NCBI GenBank assembly: GCA_002633005.1
Contig: NMRA01000463.1
Location: forward strand, 186,001 to 250,000
DNA from: Phoronis australis
Taxonomy: Eukaryota > Animalia > Phoronida
Length of the DNA: 64,000 nucleotides
Direction: 5' to 3'
Shown here: piece after piece, positions 52,801 through 64,000 of the stretch
How positions within the stretch are numbered: position 1 is the first letter of the stretch
Layout: every line of letters begins with the position of its first letter
Notes under the pieces: generated by a model
The model's input: the letters and a program-made list of their open reading frames with translations, nothing else
Databases searched by the model: none
What the model was told of the DNA's origin: nothing
Made by a program: the position numbers and the translations under genes

Positions 52801-55800
52801 AAAATGATAATTGGTTATTCCAGTTTGCGGAAGTCTCAAAAATGTCCATGGGTTCGGTTTAAATGTTTGTGTGTGCCTACAAGAATTGCATTCCATATAT
52901 GTGTTCAAGAGGAAGCTGCAAATTTAAAACACTGCCGTTGTTTTTTTAAGTTATCCTATTGCATTCGCATGATATAACCTAAAAAATTCCAGTTTGTCAC
53001 CACTTCATGCAAAAGTAATTCATATTAGCGTGAAGCGATGTGAAAAAATGTGCACCGCTTGGGGGAACTGTGCACTAACAACAGTATTGCAAAGTTTCAT
53101 TTTACATATAATGTTTTGAATTTTCTAAGTGACTACATGACGTCAGTACGTTGAAGCAAAACCTTGAAAACAAAGACTATTTGAATGCATTATTGCAGTT
53201 TAGAAATGGCAAACTAATACAATCATTGGAATCTCATCAACACCTTGTGTGAAAAGAGCTCACAATTATTTGTCTTTACATTAAAAATAAGAAAGAAAAT
53301 AATAAAAGGTCAATAAAAAGTCAGTGCTCTAAAGTATGTAATTGCTGACCGTGTGCTTCTTGAGAAAAGAGTTATTCTAAACATTCCAATCGACATTATA
53401 GTCTTTGGATTTCTTAGGGCGCCCTTGGATTTGATTCTCAATATGTATTCCGACAGTTTTAGTATTTTGAACGAGACCTAATACATTCCTTTTTAACACC
53501 GTACTGCAACTCCCAATGTTGTAGCGTTATTTGTAAGGTGTTACAAGCCCCACGGTTTTGCATACCACATAATCTCCGTATGGTGTTTAATGATCGTAGA
53601 GTAAAGCACCTGGCCTTCTGCAAAGAATGGAGTGTCCACTCTTGATTTAATTTGCCGGTTACTTCAACTCAACCGAAGTCACCTACATGTAGTTCGTCTG
53701 TATGCCGGAAGTCTTCAACGAAGTCATATGGTGTATCCGGTTTACCGGAGCGTGCCTAGTAATTTAGGAGCAGCCAAAGGGTTGAAGTTTTTCTTTATCT
53801 AAATTAGCTACAAAATGTACAAAACGGTGAAAACAATAAATATAGTTTGCGCTACATATTTCAAGTACAATTAAACGAAGACGTGTAGCAGTTTTTTTTA
53901 TTTTCCTCAGATAAATTAAGTTTTGAGAAAAGTTTTGACAAAACTTCGAAGTCAAGAATCTAGAATTATTAGTGAGCAGACAAAATCCATGCTGTAAAAA
54001 CTACACTAATAGTGAAAGTAGTCGAAATGGAACTATGATATTTACTGAGGCTTGCTTGGATAAAGAAGGGAACTGTTGCTGGTTAAGTGAAGTAGGTTTA
54101 GTCAGACGAGTGTGTTTCATCGCAGTAAGTCTAAGTACACTGTAGCTTCTCAAAAATGAAGAAACATGCTGGTAATATTTTTTAAATAAAAGGCCGGCAA
54201 GAGATCTTTTATTTATGCTGCTGCTGCAATTTGTAGCTAACTTAGCACAGGTATTAAACGGTCCGATTCAATTACTACTAGTTTAATATTAAAAAGTGGG
54301 TGTAATTTATTTAACCATTCCTTCACCGTAAATTTCTTTATGTCATTTTCATTATTTAAAAATCTGACTCTCTTTATCTGGTATCTTCTCTTCATTTATT
54401 TCATCGCTCTTAACCAAATATTTATCATCCATTGTTATTAATTATCTGAGTAGTCAAGTTCTTTTAATTGTATATTTGTTACGTGTATTTAATTATTCAT
54501 TTACTTCTTTATTGTATCTATCTTACTTTTTTATATTCTGTTGTCGAGGACCCTCTTGGAAGGCAGTGCTATCACTGAAGAGGCCACGGAACTTTTTACA
54601 ATAAATAAGTGAATAAATGGATTGAGTCAGATTAGACGCCAAATTTGGGAACTAAATGAGAGCAGAGTTTGCCAAATCTGTTATCGGTTATTCTTTGAAG
54701 TTGTTTGTGTAAATGAATTTCAGAAATTTGGCCTTTCACTTAGCCTGCCCGGGTACGGAAGTGTCGTAATTTTCAGAGCAAAATTGCTTGGTGTTGAATG
54801 AATTACTCTTAGCCCCCCCTGACCCACACATTCCATTATCCCTCAACCCAAAAAACCCCGTCAACGTAGTGATAGGGTTCCTAGTGGGCCAGGATACATG
54901 TATTAGCTTCAGACGAGTTCAAGCTTTTGTCCCACCAAAGTCGCCACCATTTCTTGTTCCAATATTACTCACACGCTAAGCCTAACATTTAGGGAACAAA
55001 ATTTGACCTTCATATATTTTACAAAGGCAAGTATGAAACGCAATATCTTTATTTTGCATTAACCTAAATGCAGTAAATGTCAAGACTCATCACTAGTCGT
55101 GAAACTTTTTGGAATAGATGGCAAACTTAATCCTGAAACATTGCCAACAAGCGGAAGAGGACAGATATAAACTGACAAAAGGATTTGAGCCTCTGTCATA
55201 ATGTACATGTACATGTAGAATTGTCGTGAAGAGTTGACAGGGACATCAGGGGTCTCACACTCCACTGATTTATACATTATTTTGAAAACGGTTTGCTCAG
55301 TAACACATTGTGTATCATTAAAGAGATAAGCATACCTGCAGCTGACGCAGCAACATTGGTGTAGACTAACAGTAGAACTGCGGTTTTCTAGTGACCCCAG
55401 GACGTTCGGAGTTGCACCATATGCCAACTCCGGACGGTCTCTCACTACTTTGTTATTTCTGATTACTTTCTTAGATTCCCAGGGTCGTGTGTAATCTTGG
55501 TGTTCTCTGTAGATTAGATATTCAGTCGTCTGCAAATAAATTACGTACTCCTGCGTTTACTTTACCTTCCGCAGATGTAACTAAGTTTTGAATAAGCTAA
55601 CAAACTTTACTGTTGTGAATCGTGATGTTCTATTCTAGAGGGACGGATCAAGCATCGAACACGAAGAACATGAAAGTCAAGTGTTCATCAGTAATGGCGA
55701 GGCGACATATATCTCGGTTAGTACTATGTAGAAGTTGATGCTCACTTGGGCTGTGTCGCACAGTACGCGAACGCTCGATGCAACAATTGCATTCAAAATT

Positions 55801-56520
55801 TATGTCTCTACATAAAGTGTTAAAGTTAAGAAAGGGTTTAGTGGTACATGTAGACAGACAAATCAGCAGTCGGGTAACAACGTGGACCGATGATACCACG
55901 AAGGTGCCCGACTTAATATACATCAGTACTAATTTCTGATCACCATTTCAGGAGTACCTAGTCCGAATTTGTAGTGAGCATTGATGACATTTTTCCCGCT
56001 GTTGAACACTATCGTTTACGTCTTGAAACAATTACTACATTTAGAAAAAGTATTATTTGATGGAATTTCTTAACCTGATGAACTGTGTAAACTCCAAACT
56101 TGGTGTTGGGCCTTCACTTTTGTGAATGAGATAACGTATGATTGATAACCGCCATCGGATTCTATTTACGCTAAAAGAAAGAAGATAATCGAAAACATAA
56201 GCAGCTCAATAAAATGGTCCAAAAATCTATCGGTGTTAGACAAAACTAGAAAAGCAAATTCACTTTTCACATTACCCACAGATTTTGTGGCCGACTGATT
56301 TGGCAACAATTCAACATACATGTATGATTGAGCGCCGTTACGCTTTTAATGTCGTGGATATTAAGTTAAATCTTCCGGCTTCATTTTAGCGAAAACTGCA
56401 TGAAGCAACATTGAACGCAGTGGACATGTAGTTAAGTCGATACGTAAGCCCGAAGAACGTTTGAACAACATAAATCCAAACATCTCCGTACTTATATGAA
56501 TTTAATGGGAATTTTAATTA

Positions 56521-57545
56521 TTACTTGGCGAAATAAATTTCGCCAAGTGTTGCTCTTCCATCCAGTTTGTTGAGCGATCTTGTTTTTTTGGTTGTTCGCA
56601 CTCTACAGGTCGCATTTTTTACCGACTTTTACAAAAGTTGTACACGACTTGTATCTCTGGAAGCCTATTGTTTTTCGTCATAATCAAATCCAAGATGGCG
56701 GATGTGGCGGCCATTTTGTTTTCATTTAAAGGTTCAAATACATCTAGAGGCTACATTTTTATGTCCAGGGCTGAGAATCGGCACACTTTTTGGACCGGAA
56801 GTGAGCTAAAAGTGTACCGGAAATTGTTTACCTCCTGTTAAAGATAACGGAAATATCGGCGATCGCGCATGCGCACTTCGATTTTGGCCAAAAAACGTTT
56901 TCTCCTGTAGAGGGCGCATTATATGGCCAATTCCTTCGAATTTTTGGAGGTGTTAGTTTCTTATGACATGCTATTAAACAAAGCTAAAACACCGGAAGTT
57001 GCTTTCAAGATGGCGGATCTGGCGCAAGTTGACCAATTTTCAGTCGTGCTGGAGTGCCATTTTAAACGCGAAGAGAAAAAGACGTGATATTTTGCATGTG
57101 GATTCTTTGAGGTATACTCTTTCAAATGACATGTAACATTTTTTTTCTCAGAGTTAAAGTTTTCGAGTTATTTGACTTTGAAATTAGTAAAAAACGCAAA
57201 ATTTCATTTATTCGAAAATTTTACGGAATTAGGCGATACCATCAGTTTAGATAGAGTTTTGAACGGGATTTCATAAAATGTTTTCCCATTTTTCGCTAGG
57301 ACGTCAACTTTTTGAATCATTCGAGATTTTCTAATAGCGCTGTTTCTTTGTTTAGCGCTCTTGCTGCATTGATGTTGGTTTAGTTTCAATTGAAAAAGAG
57401 TGTAGCTTATTTCTTGCGGATTTATGACATCTAAGTGCTTCATATGAATTTTATGATGTTGTTCAGCATCATCACCATCGTCATCATATTCGTTATCTTC
57501 GTCATCATCTCCGTCGTCGTCTTTTCAGTTAATTTCGCCAAGTGT
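56521..57545 (-). mobile_element. HINE-like non-autonomous element (second copy about 59482-60520)
   Basis: Hairpin acttggcgaaat-aa-atttcgccaagt at one end; the same aatttcgccaagt motif at the other end beside a (CAT/CGT)n-rich tract. Confidence 0.5.
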
Positions 57546-57990
57546 CGTTCAAGACTATAGCCTAATCTTACTGATGTCTGGCCTCTACGTTCGTCGTGCG
57601 AATGTTATCATTACATGATTTGTTCATCATCGCCACCATCGTCGTCATATTCGTCCTCTTCGTCATCATCTCTATCGTCGTCTTTTCTGTTAATTTCCCC
57701 AAGTGTCGCTCCTCGGAGCACTTTCATTTTTGATTGTGCACTACCATATAAAACAGAAACCGTACTGAGTGACACACGGCTCATACGTGTATATTATGGT
57801 ACTCACTCAATTCTGTCATGTGTAACAAGATAAGCATGACATACTTTAAAAAAGGATAAACACTGATAAATAACAAAGGAAAATACAAAAAGGGCTAAGG
57901 ATTGCGGTATGTTTATATTATGGTGATATCTTTCGACCCACGGATGTAATGTTCTGTTCAAAATTGGTGATTGCAAAGGAAAAATTCAAN

Positions 57991-59180
57991 TTTAGTTTGT
58001 GCCCGACTAAGAGATACGAAATTGAATTGAGGCTAGTGTTCAATTATTCACTTGCTCAGGTTGACTCTAATTAACACAGCCCTTTATAACATATTTTGAA
58101 TCAAACGTTTGCCCAAATAGTGCCCGCCTCCAAACAAGGACTTAGTGTTTAACCCTTCATTGCCTGCGGGCTAATCACCAGTGTGCAGTGTTGTACCCTC
58201 TCTAATCGACCATAGTTGGCCCCTTGGCGGTGGAGCTTTGCAGTTAATATGTATGGCAATGACCGCATCTCCCTTGACAGAACGCTGCAAGTGCAAAAAG
58301 AACATGTGTGTTGGGAAACTGAGTTTGCGCTGCAATGCTGGGTCAAACTGTACAGAAATGTGCAGCTGTGACAACTGTAGTAACATCAGCTACACTGACT
58401 GCATAACATTGGATAGTTCTTTGACAAGTAACCCTAAATAGACCTCCAACCTCTACCCCGTTATTTCCTTTTTTTGTATTAAAAATTAATTTTATTTGTT
58501 GAGTAAGTCATGGAAAGTACATACTTTGATCATTGTCATGTATTTGTCTCATACTGCTTGATAAAAGCTGTCAGAATAATCTATTATTTTCATACAGTAT
58601 TTGTGCACATTCACAGAGATCATTCAACTATATTGTTTTTGTACTATAACATATTTCTGGTGTGTTATGCAGAGAAGCTGTATTTTACACTATTAGTCAA
58701 TGTTTTAATCATTGAGGCACAAAATTTGCCCAGTCTCAAGTGTTTTGTGTTATTTTTATTGCCTGACATTGCCAAAATAACTTCCTAGTAACATTCAGAC
58801 TTAGTTTGCATTTTTGCCACTAGGTATCTCTTTACGTTTTTTAAATTTCACTGTTTACAATTAATTTACAATGGTAAAATGTGTAATGTGAGTTTAATAT
58901 TGTTCAATACAATGGCACTGATGGAACCATATTACTTGTTTTACAAAAAAGTCACCAAAACTGTTGTTTTTACAAATATAAGTTTACTAAGCTCTTTGGT
59001 GATTATTATGTAACTTCAAACTCAAATTTCTCAAAAATGTGTAACTTTATGTGTGGGAACTTTTTAGATTTTGAAAACACTCTAATAAATGAATTTAAAA
59101 ACACCAAAATAAAATTGCCCCCCTAAAGTACTCACAAAAACCATTTTCTAGAGGCCCTACAAAATCTGGCCCACCGACTA
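57991..59180 (+). mobile_element. Academ-type DNA transposon 3' remnant
   Basis: PPNKD...LHCLRANHQCAV followed by CKCKKNMC...RC...CTEMCSCDNCSN (Cys8/CXC finger); ends ...ccgaCTA exactly where similarity to the upstream duplicate resumes. Confidence 0.65.
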
Positions 59181-61383
59181 TAAAATGGTCCAACAATCTA
59201 TCGGTGTTAGACAAAACTAGAAAAGCAAATTCACGTTTCACATTACCCACAGATTTTGTGGCCGACTGATTCGGCAACAATTCAACATATGATTGAGCGC
59301 TGTTACGCTTTTAAGAGTCGTGGATCTTAAGTTAAATCTTCCAGCTTCATTTTAGCGAAAACTCCATGAAGCAACTTTGAACGCAGTAGTAGTTAAGTCG
59401 ATACGTAAGCCCGAAGAACGTTTGAACAACATAAATCCAAATATCTCCGTACTTATATGAATTTTATGGGATTTTTTAATTATTACTTGGCGTGATGAAT
59501 TTCGCCAAGTGTTGCTCTTCCATCCAGTTTGTTGAGCGCTCTTGTTTTTTTTTGTTTGTTTGCACTCTACAGGTCGCATTTTTTTACCGATTTTTACAAA
59601 ATTTGTACACAACTTGTATCTCCGGAAGTACTGGAAGCCTGTTGTTTTTCGTCATGATTAGATCCAAGATGGTGGATGTGGCGGCCATTTTGTTTTCATT
59701 TAAAGGTCAAATGCTTCTATAGGCTACATTTTTTATGTCCAGGGCTGAGAATCGGCACAGTTATTGGACCGGAAGTGAGCTACAAGTGTACCAGAAATTG
59801 TTTAACTCATGTTAATGATAACGGAAATATTTGCGATCGCGCATGCGCACCTCGATTTTGGCCTAAAAACGTTTTCTCCTGTAGAGGGCGCATTATATGG
59901 CCAATTCCTTCGAGTTTTTGTAGGTGTTAGTTTCTTACGACATGCTAATAAACAAACCTAAAAAACCGGAAGTTGCTTTCAAGATGGCGGATCTGGCGCA
60001 TCTTGACCAATTTTCAGTCGTGCTGGAGTGCCATTTTAAACGGGAAGAGAAAAAGACGTGATTTGTCTTGCATGTGGATTCTTTGAGGTATACTTTTTCA
60101 AATGACATGTAACAGTTTTTTTTTCTCAGACTAGCCGTTTTCGAGTTATTTGACTTTGAAATTCTTATAAAAACGCAAAATTTCATTTTTCCGAAAAATT
60201 TACGGAATTGGGAGATACCATCAGTTTAGAAAGAGTTTTGAACGGGCTTTCCTAAGATGTTTTCCCATTTTTCGCTAGGACGTCAACTTTTTGAATCATT
60301 CGAGATATTCTAATAGCGCTTTGTTGAGCGCTCTTGCTGCATAGATGTTGTTTTAGCTTCAATTGAACAAGAGTGTAGCTTATTTCTTGCGGATTTATGA
60401 CATCCAAGTGCTTCATATGAATGTTATGATGTTGTTCAGCATCATCCCCATCGTCATCATATTCGTTATCTTCGTCATCATCTCCGTCGTCGTCTTTTCA
60501 GTTAATTTCGCCAAGTGTCGTTCAAGACTGTAGCCTATACTTACTGATGTCTGGCCTCTACGTTCGTCGTGCGAATGTTATCATTACTTGAATTGTTCAT
60601 CATCGACACCATCGTCGTCATATTCGTCCTCTTCGTCATCATCTCTATCGTCGCCTTTTCTGTTAATTTCTCCAAGTGTCGCTCCTCGGAGCACTTTCAT
60701 TTTTGATTGTGCACTACTATATAAAACATTACTGCATTGAGTGACACACGGCTCGTATATTACGGTACTCACTCAATTGTGTCATGTGTAACACGATAAG
60801 CATGACATACTTTAAAAAAGGATAAACACTGATAAAAAACAAAGGAAACTACAAGAAGGGCTAAGAATTGCGATATGTTTATATTTTAGTGATACCTTTT
60901 GATCCACGGATGTCATGTTCTGTTCAAAATTGGTGAATGCAAAGGAAAAATTCAACACTGACAGCTCAACAGTGGCGAAATGATCGTATAAAAATGTGTT
61001 CCCTATGCTAAATAAGCCTTCAGTGTACTGCCTTTTGCCATTTATGTCCGTAAGGTGACTCAAAATTCACCATGCGCCACTGATGGATTACGGAAAGTGA
61101 TTAATGCATCAATACTACTACCGCTAGCATCGCTACTGTGTCACCCAAAGATTCACTAGTCACCATACTACAATCTTACCACTACCATCACTGCTTTCAC
61201 TCATACACACAGTAACCAACACCAAAGAACGCTTCTTCCACCAACACTGTTGTTAGCCGTACTCACACTAACCACAGTGTTATAATATTCCTACTAGTTC
61301 ACTTCACTCGGACACCGTTGTTACTTTCGAGTTTCACTGTCGCTACTGCAACACTTTCGATTTCTCGTTATACAATTTTACAG

Positions 61384-61485
61384 AGGTTTGGACCAACTGG
61401 TAAACTAAACATGGATGAGATGGATCTAGATCCCGACGCTCATGCCGGTGACATCCTGGGTGAAGACGACGACAAAATAATTGAC
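61384..61485 (+). CDS. Candidate internal coding exon, acidic peptide, gene unidentified
   Basis: ttttacag|RFGPTGKLNMDEMDLDPDAHAGDILGEDDDKIID|gtaagg; 102 nt, phase 0-0, strong splice sites. Confidence 0.5.
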
Positions 61486-61686
61486 GTAAGGAAAATGCAT
61501 CGGGAGTAGTTATAGGGTGGTCGCTGCAATGTGTGAAGTAACTGAACTATCTGACCATGCCACTGCAGCCTTTAAGTCACTTGGAATTTAAGTATTTTGA
61601 GGTTGCTATGAATCCACTGCGAACGGTGAATAACAGTTTATGTATCAACTGCACGTGAAAGGAAACGTAGCCAATTTCGCAAACAC

Positions 61687-63736
61687 CTGTTGGTTCACAA
61701 AATTGCGTATTATGAACAACGAAAGTTCATTTTAAAAAATATTTCCGGAATATTTAAATGTCTCATAGGAGCCCTGTGTACGGATTGTGGGATATCCAGC
61801 GATCGAGGAATATGAAAAACACAAAATAACAAGAGGTCCAGTGCACCAATGAGTATCTTAGATCTTTTAGCCAATTTACTTAGTCGAAACACTAACTTTT
61901 TAGGCAATTGGTGTCCATAAGGTTTTTTTCAATCGCAAAAACTAGTTTTGGTTTACTACCATCACGGAAGTTTTATTCCAGACATGGACCTGTGTAGTAG
62001 CACCAATTATTCCAGCTGTTTCGTCGCAAAGCAATAATTTTAGACTATATTAGAGATTTGTTTTCTGCAAAAATGAGTTACAGTACATCATCAAGAATTT
62101 GGTTTACCGAATTCATCCACGCAATTGATTATCGACAACAGTCATCTTTTAATCATTTTTTGTGACCAAACAGAACACCAGCATTGGCATCCAAGTATGA
62201 GTCTCATAGAACGTCGGGAATGTAACATTTAAGTCCTCTGCTTTACTGGTTACCACAAATGTCGGCCCTGTGGGGCCGTACTCCCCAATTGCTCTACTGA
62301 TACTACAGACTATTGTTTAACCTATAACTCGCTGTAGTCTTTATGAGACCAGTGAAACGGTAAGGACTGCTCGTTCTTCGGAAGTCACCTTCGTCGCATT
62401 TTCATTGCCTCTGCATGAACAATGAGCCCAGCAAAACGTCTTGCGTTAAGTGTTCGTGACTGAGTCGCTTAAACGCGTCGTTAAACTATGAACTACCATG
62501 GTAGTCGCTTCTCATCTCATGGTATGGTAGATATTCCATTAAAACTGTTTTCTGCTTTTATTGTCCCGCAAAATGGAATGTCATCTCCTTTACAAACATG
62601 ACATAAACATGTAAATGTCTCTATTTAACAATCATGGCCTCCACATCTACACGTANNNNNNNNNNNNNNNNNNNNNNNNNNNNNNNNNNNNNNNNNNNNN
62701 NNNNNNNNNNNNNNNNNNNNNNNNNNNNNNNNNNNNNNNNNNNNNNNNNNNNNNNNNNNNNNNNNNNNCCTGTTGGTTCACAAAATTGCGTATTATGAAC
62801 AACGAAAGTTCATTTTAAAAAATATTTCCGGAATATTTAAATGTCTCATAGGAGCCCTGTGTACGGATTGTGGGATATCCAGCGATCGAGGAATATGAAA
62901 AACACAAAATAACAAGAGGTCCTGTGCACCAATGAGTATCTTAGATCTTTTAGCCAATTTACTTAGTCGAAACACTAACTTTTTAGGCAATTGGTGTCCA
63001 TAAGTTTTTTTCAATCGCAAAAACTAGTTTTGGTTTACTACCATCACGGAAGTTTTATTCCAGACAGGGAGCTGCGTAGTAGCACCAATTATTCCAGCTT
63101 TTTCGTCGCAAAGCAATAATTTTAGATTATATTAGAGATTTGTTTTCTGCAAAAATGAGTTACAGTACATCATCAAGAATTTGGTTTACCGAATTCATCC
63201 ACGCAATTGATTATCGACAACAGTCATCTTTTAATAATTTTTTGTGACCAAACAGAACACCAGCATTGGCATCCAAGTATGAGTCTCATAGAACGTCGGG
63301 AATGTAACATTTAAGTCCTCTGCTATACTGGTTACCACAAATGTCGGCCCTGTGGGGCCGTACTCCCCAATTGCTCTACTGATACTACAGACTATTGTTT
63401 AACCTATAACTCGCTGTAGTCTTTATGAGACCAGTGAAACGGTAAGGACTGCTCGTTCTTCGGAAGTCACCTTCGTCGCATTTTCATTGCCTCTGCATGA
63501 ACAATGAGCCCAGCAAAACGTCTTGCGTTAAGTGTTCGTGACTGAGTCGCTTAAACGCGTCGTTAAACTATGAACTACCATGGTAGTCGCTTCTCATCTC
63601 ATGGTATGGTAGATATTCCATTAAAACTGTTTTCTGCTTTTATTGTCCCGCAAAATGGAATGTCATCTCCTTTACAAACATGACATAAACATGTAAATGT
63701 CTCTATTTAACAATCATGGCCTCCACATCTACACGT
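61687..63736. repeat. About 970 bp near-identical duplication (61687-62655 vs 62769-63736) across an N gap
   Basis: Only a handful of differences; copies abut the gap at 62656-62768, typical of a contig-overlap artefact. Confidence 0.92.
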
Positions 63737-64000
63737 ACATGTACAGTACATATACGTCTCGCCAAAGCAGGGTAGAGATCACTAACGCTAGGAACTCGCT
63801 AAAAAGCAAGTCACAGCAAGATTACACGAGAAATTGCCTATATTTTAAATGAAAACTTGTGATGTGATTGTGGCTAGATTTCATCGAGGTCCTTGCGTAG
63901 GTCCAGGTCTTACTGAACTCTACCTAGATCTAAGACAAACACTACCTCAAACTTCCTATATTGCTGCTGTTGGGTGATTTTAACAGATAACAATTCATAG

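Larger units (their letters stand above)
56210..60955. repeat. About 1.8 kb direct duplication (56210-57989 vs 59181-60955), probably uncollapsed haplotypes
   Basis: Highly similar collinear sequence; the first copy ends at a single N (57990). Confidence 0.9.

Noticed and set aside
55080-55535. 151-aa minus-strand ORF
   Set aside because: No recognisable motif, includes a TACATG repeat, and no convincing splice context.
58181-58441. Metallothionein or tesmin-like host gene
   Set aside because: Preceded by the LHxxRANxQ motif and followed by a transposon-like terminus, fitting an Academ C-terminal finger.
61687-63736. LTR pair or real tandem duplication
   Set aside because: Copies abut an N gap, are nearly identical, and lack TG...CA ends or internal retroviral sequence.

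Overview
AT-rich, repeat-dense, intron-containing animal genomic DNA from a draft assembly with N gaps. It looks like a marine invertebrate, but the taxon is only an inference. Most ORFs in the supplied track are noise. The real coding content appears only after splicing. (1) A 10-exon + strand gene (20624-29771, at least 558 aa) joins five ankyrin repeats, one per exon, plus a capping repeat and a helical linker to an intact FAM111-like trypsin-fold serine protease (His-Asp-Ser triad). (2) A tandem paralog (8619-11685) has the same protease exon structure and triad but one TAG in place of a conserved Trp, and no ankyrin exons that I could find in the window. (3) There are possible first exons of a third gene (41929, 61384). 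NF-kB-like and IRF-like motifs lie near the putative promoters. The rest is mobile DNA: Kolobok/KolobokP-type elements, Tx1/L1, Penelope and other LINE remnants, an Academ 3' end, Helentron-like non-autonomous elements, MITEs and satellites. Three near-identical duplications next to N gaps are probably uncollapsed haplotypes. Two of them show TA versus TACATGTA differences, the classic Tc1/mariner excision footprint. All calls come from reading the sequence by eye; no searches were run.
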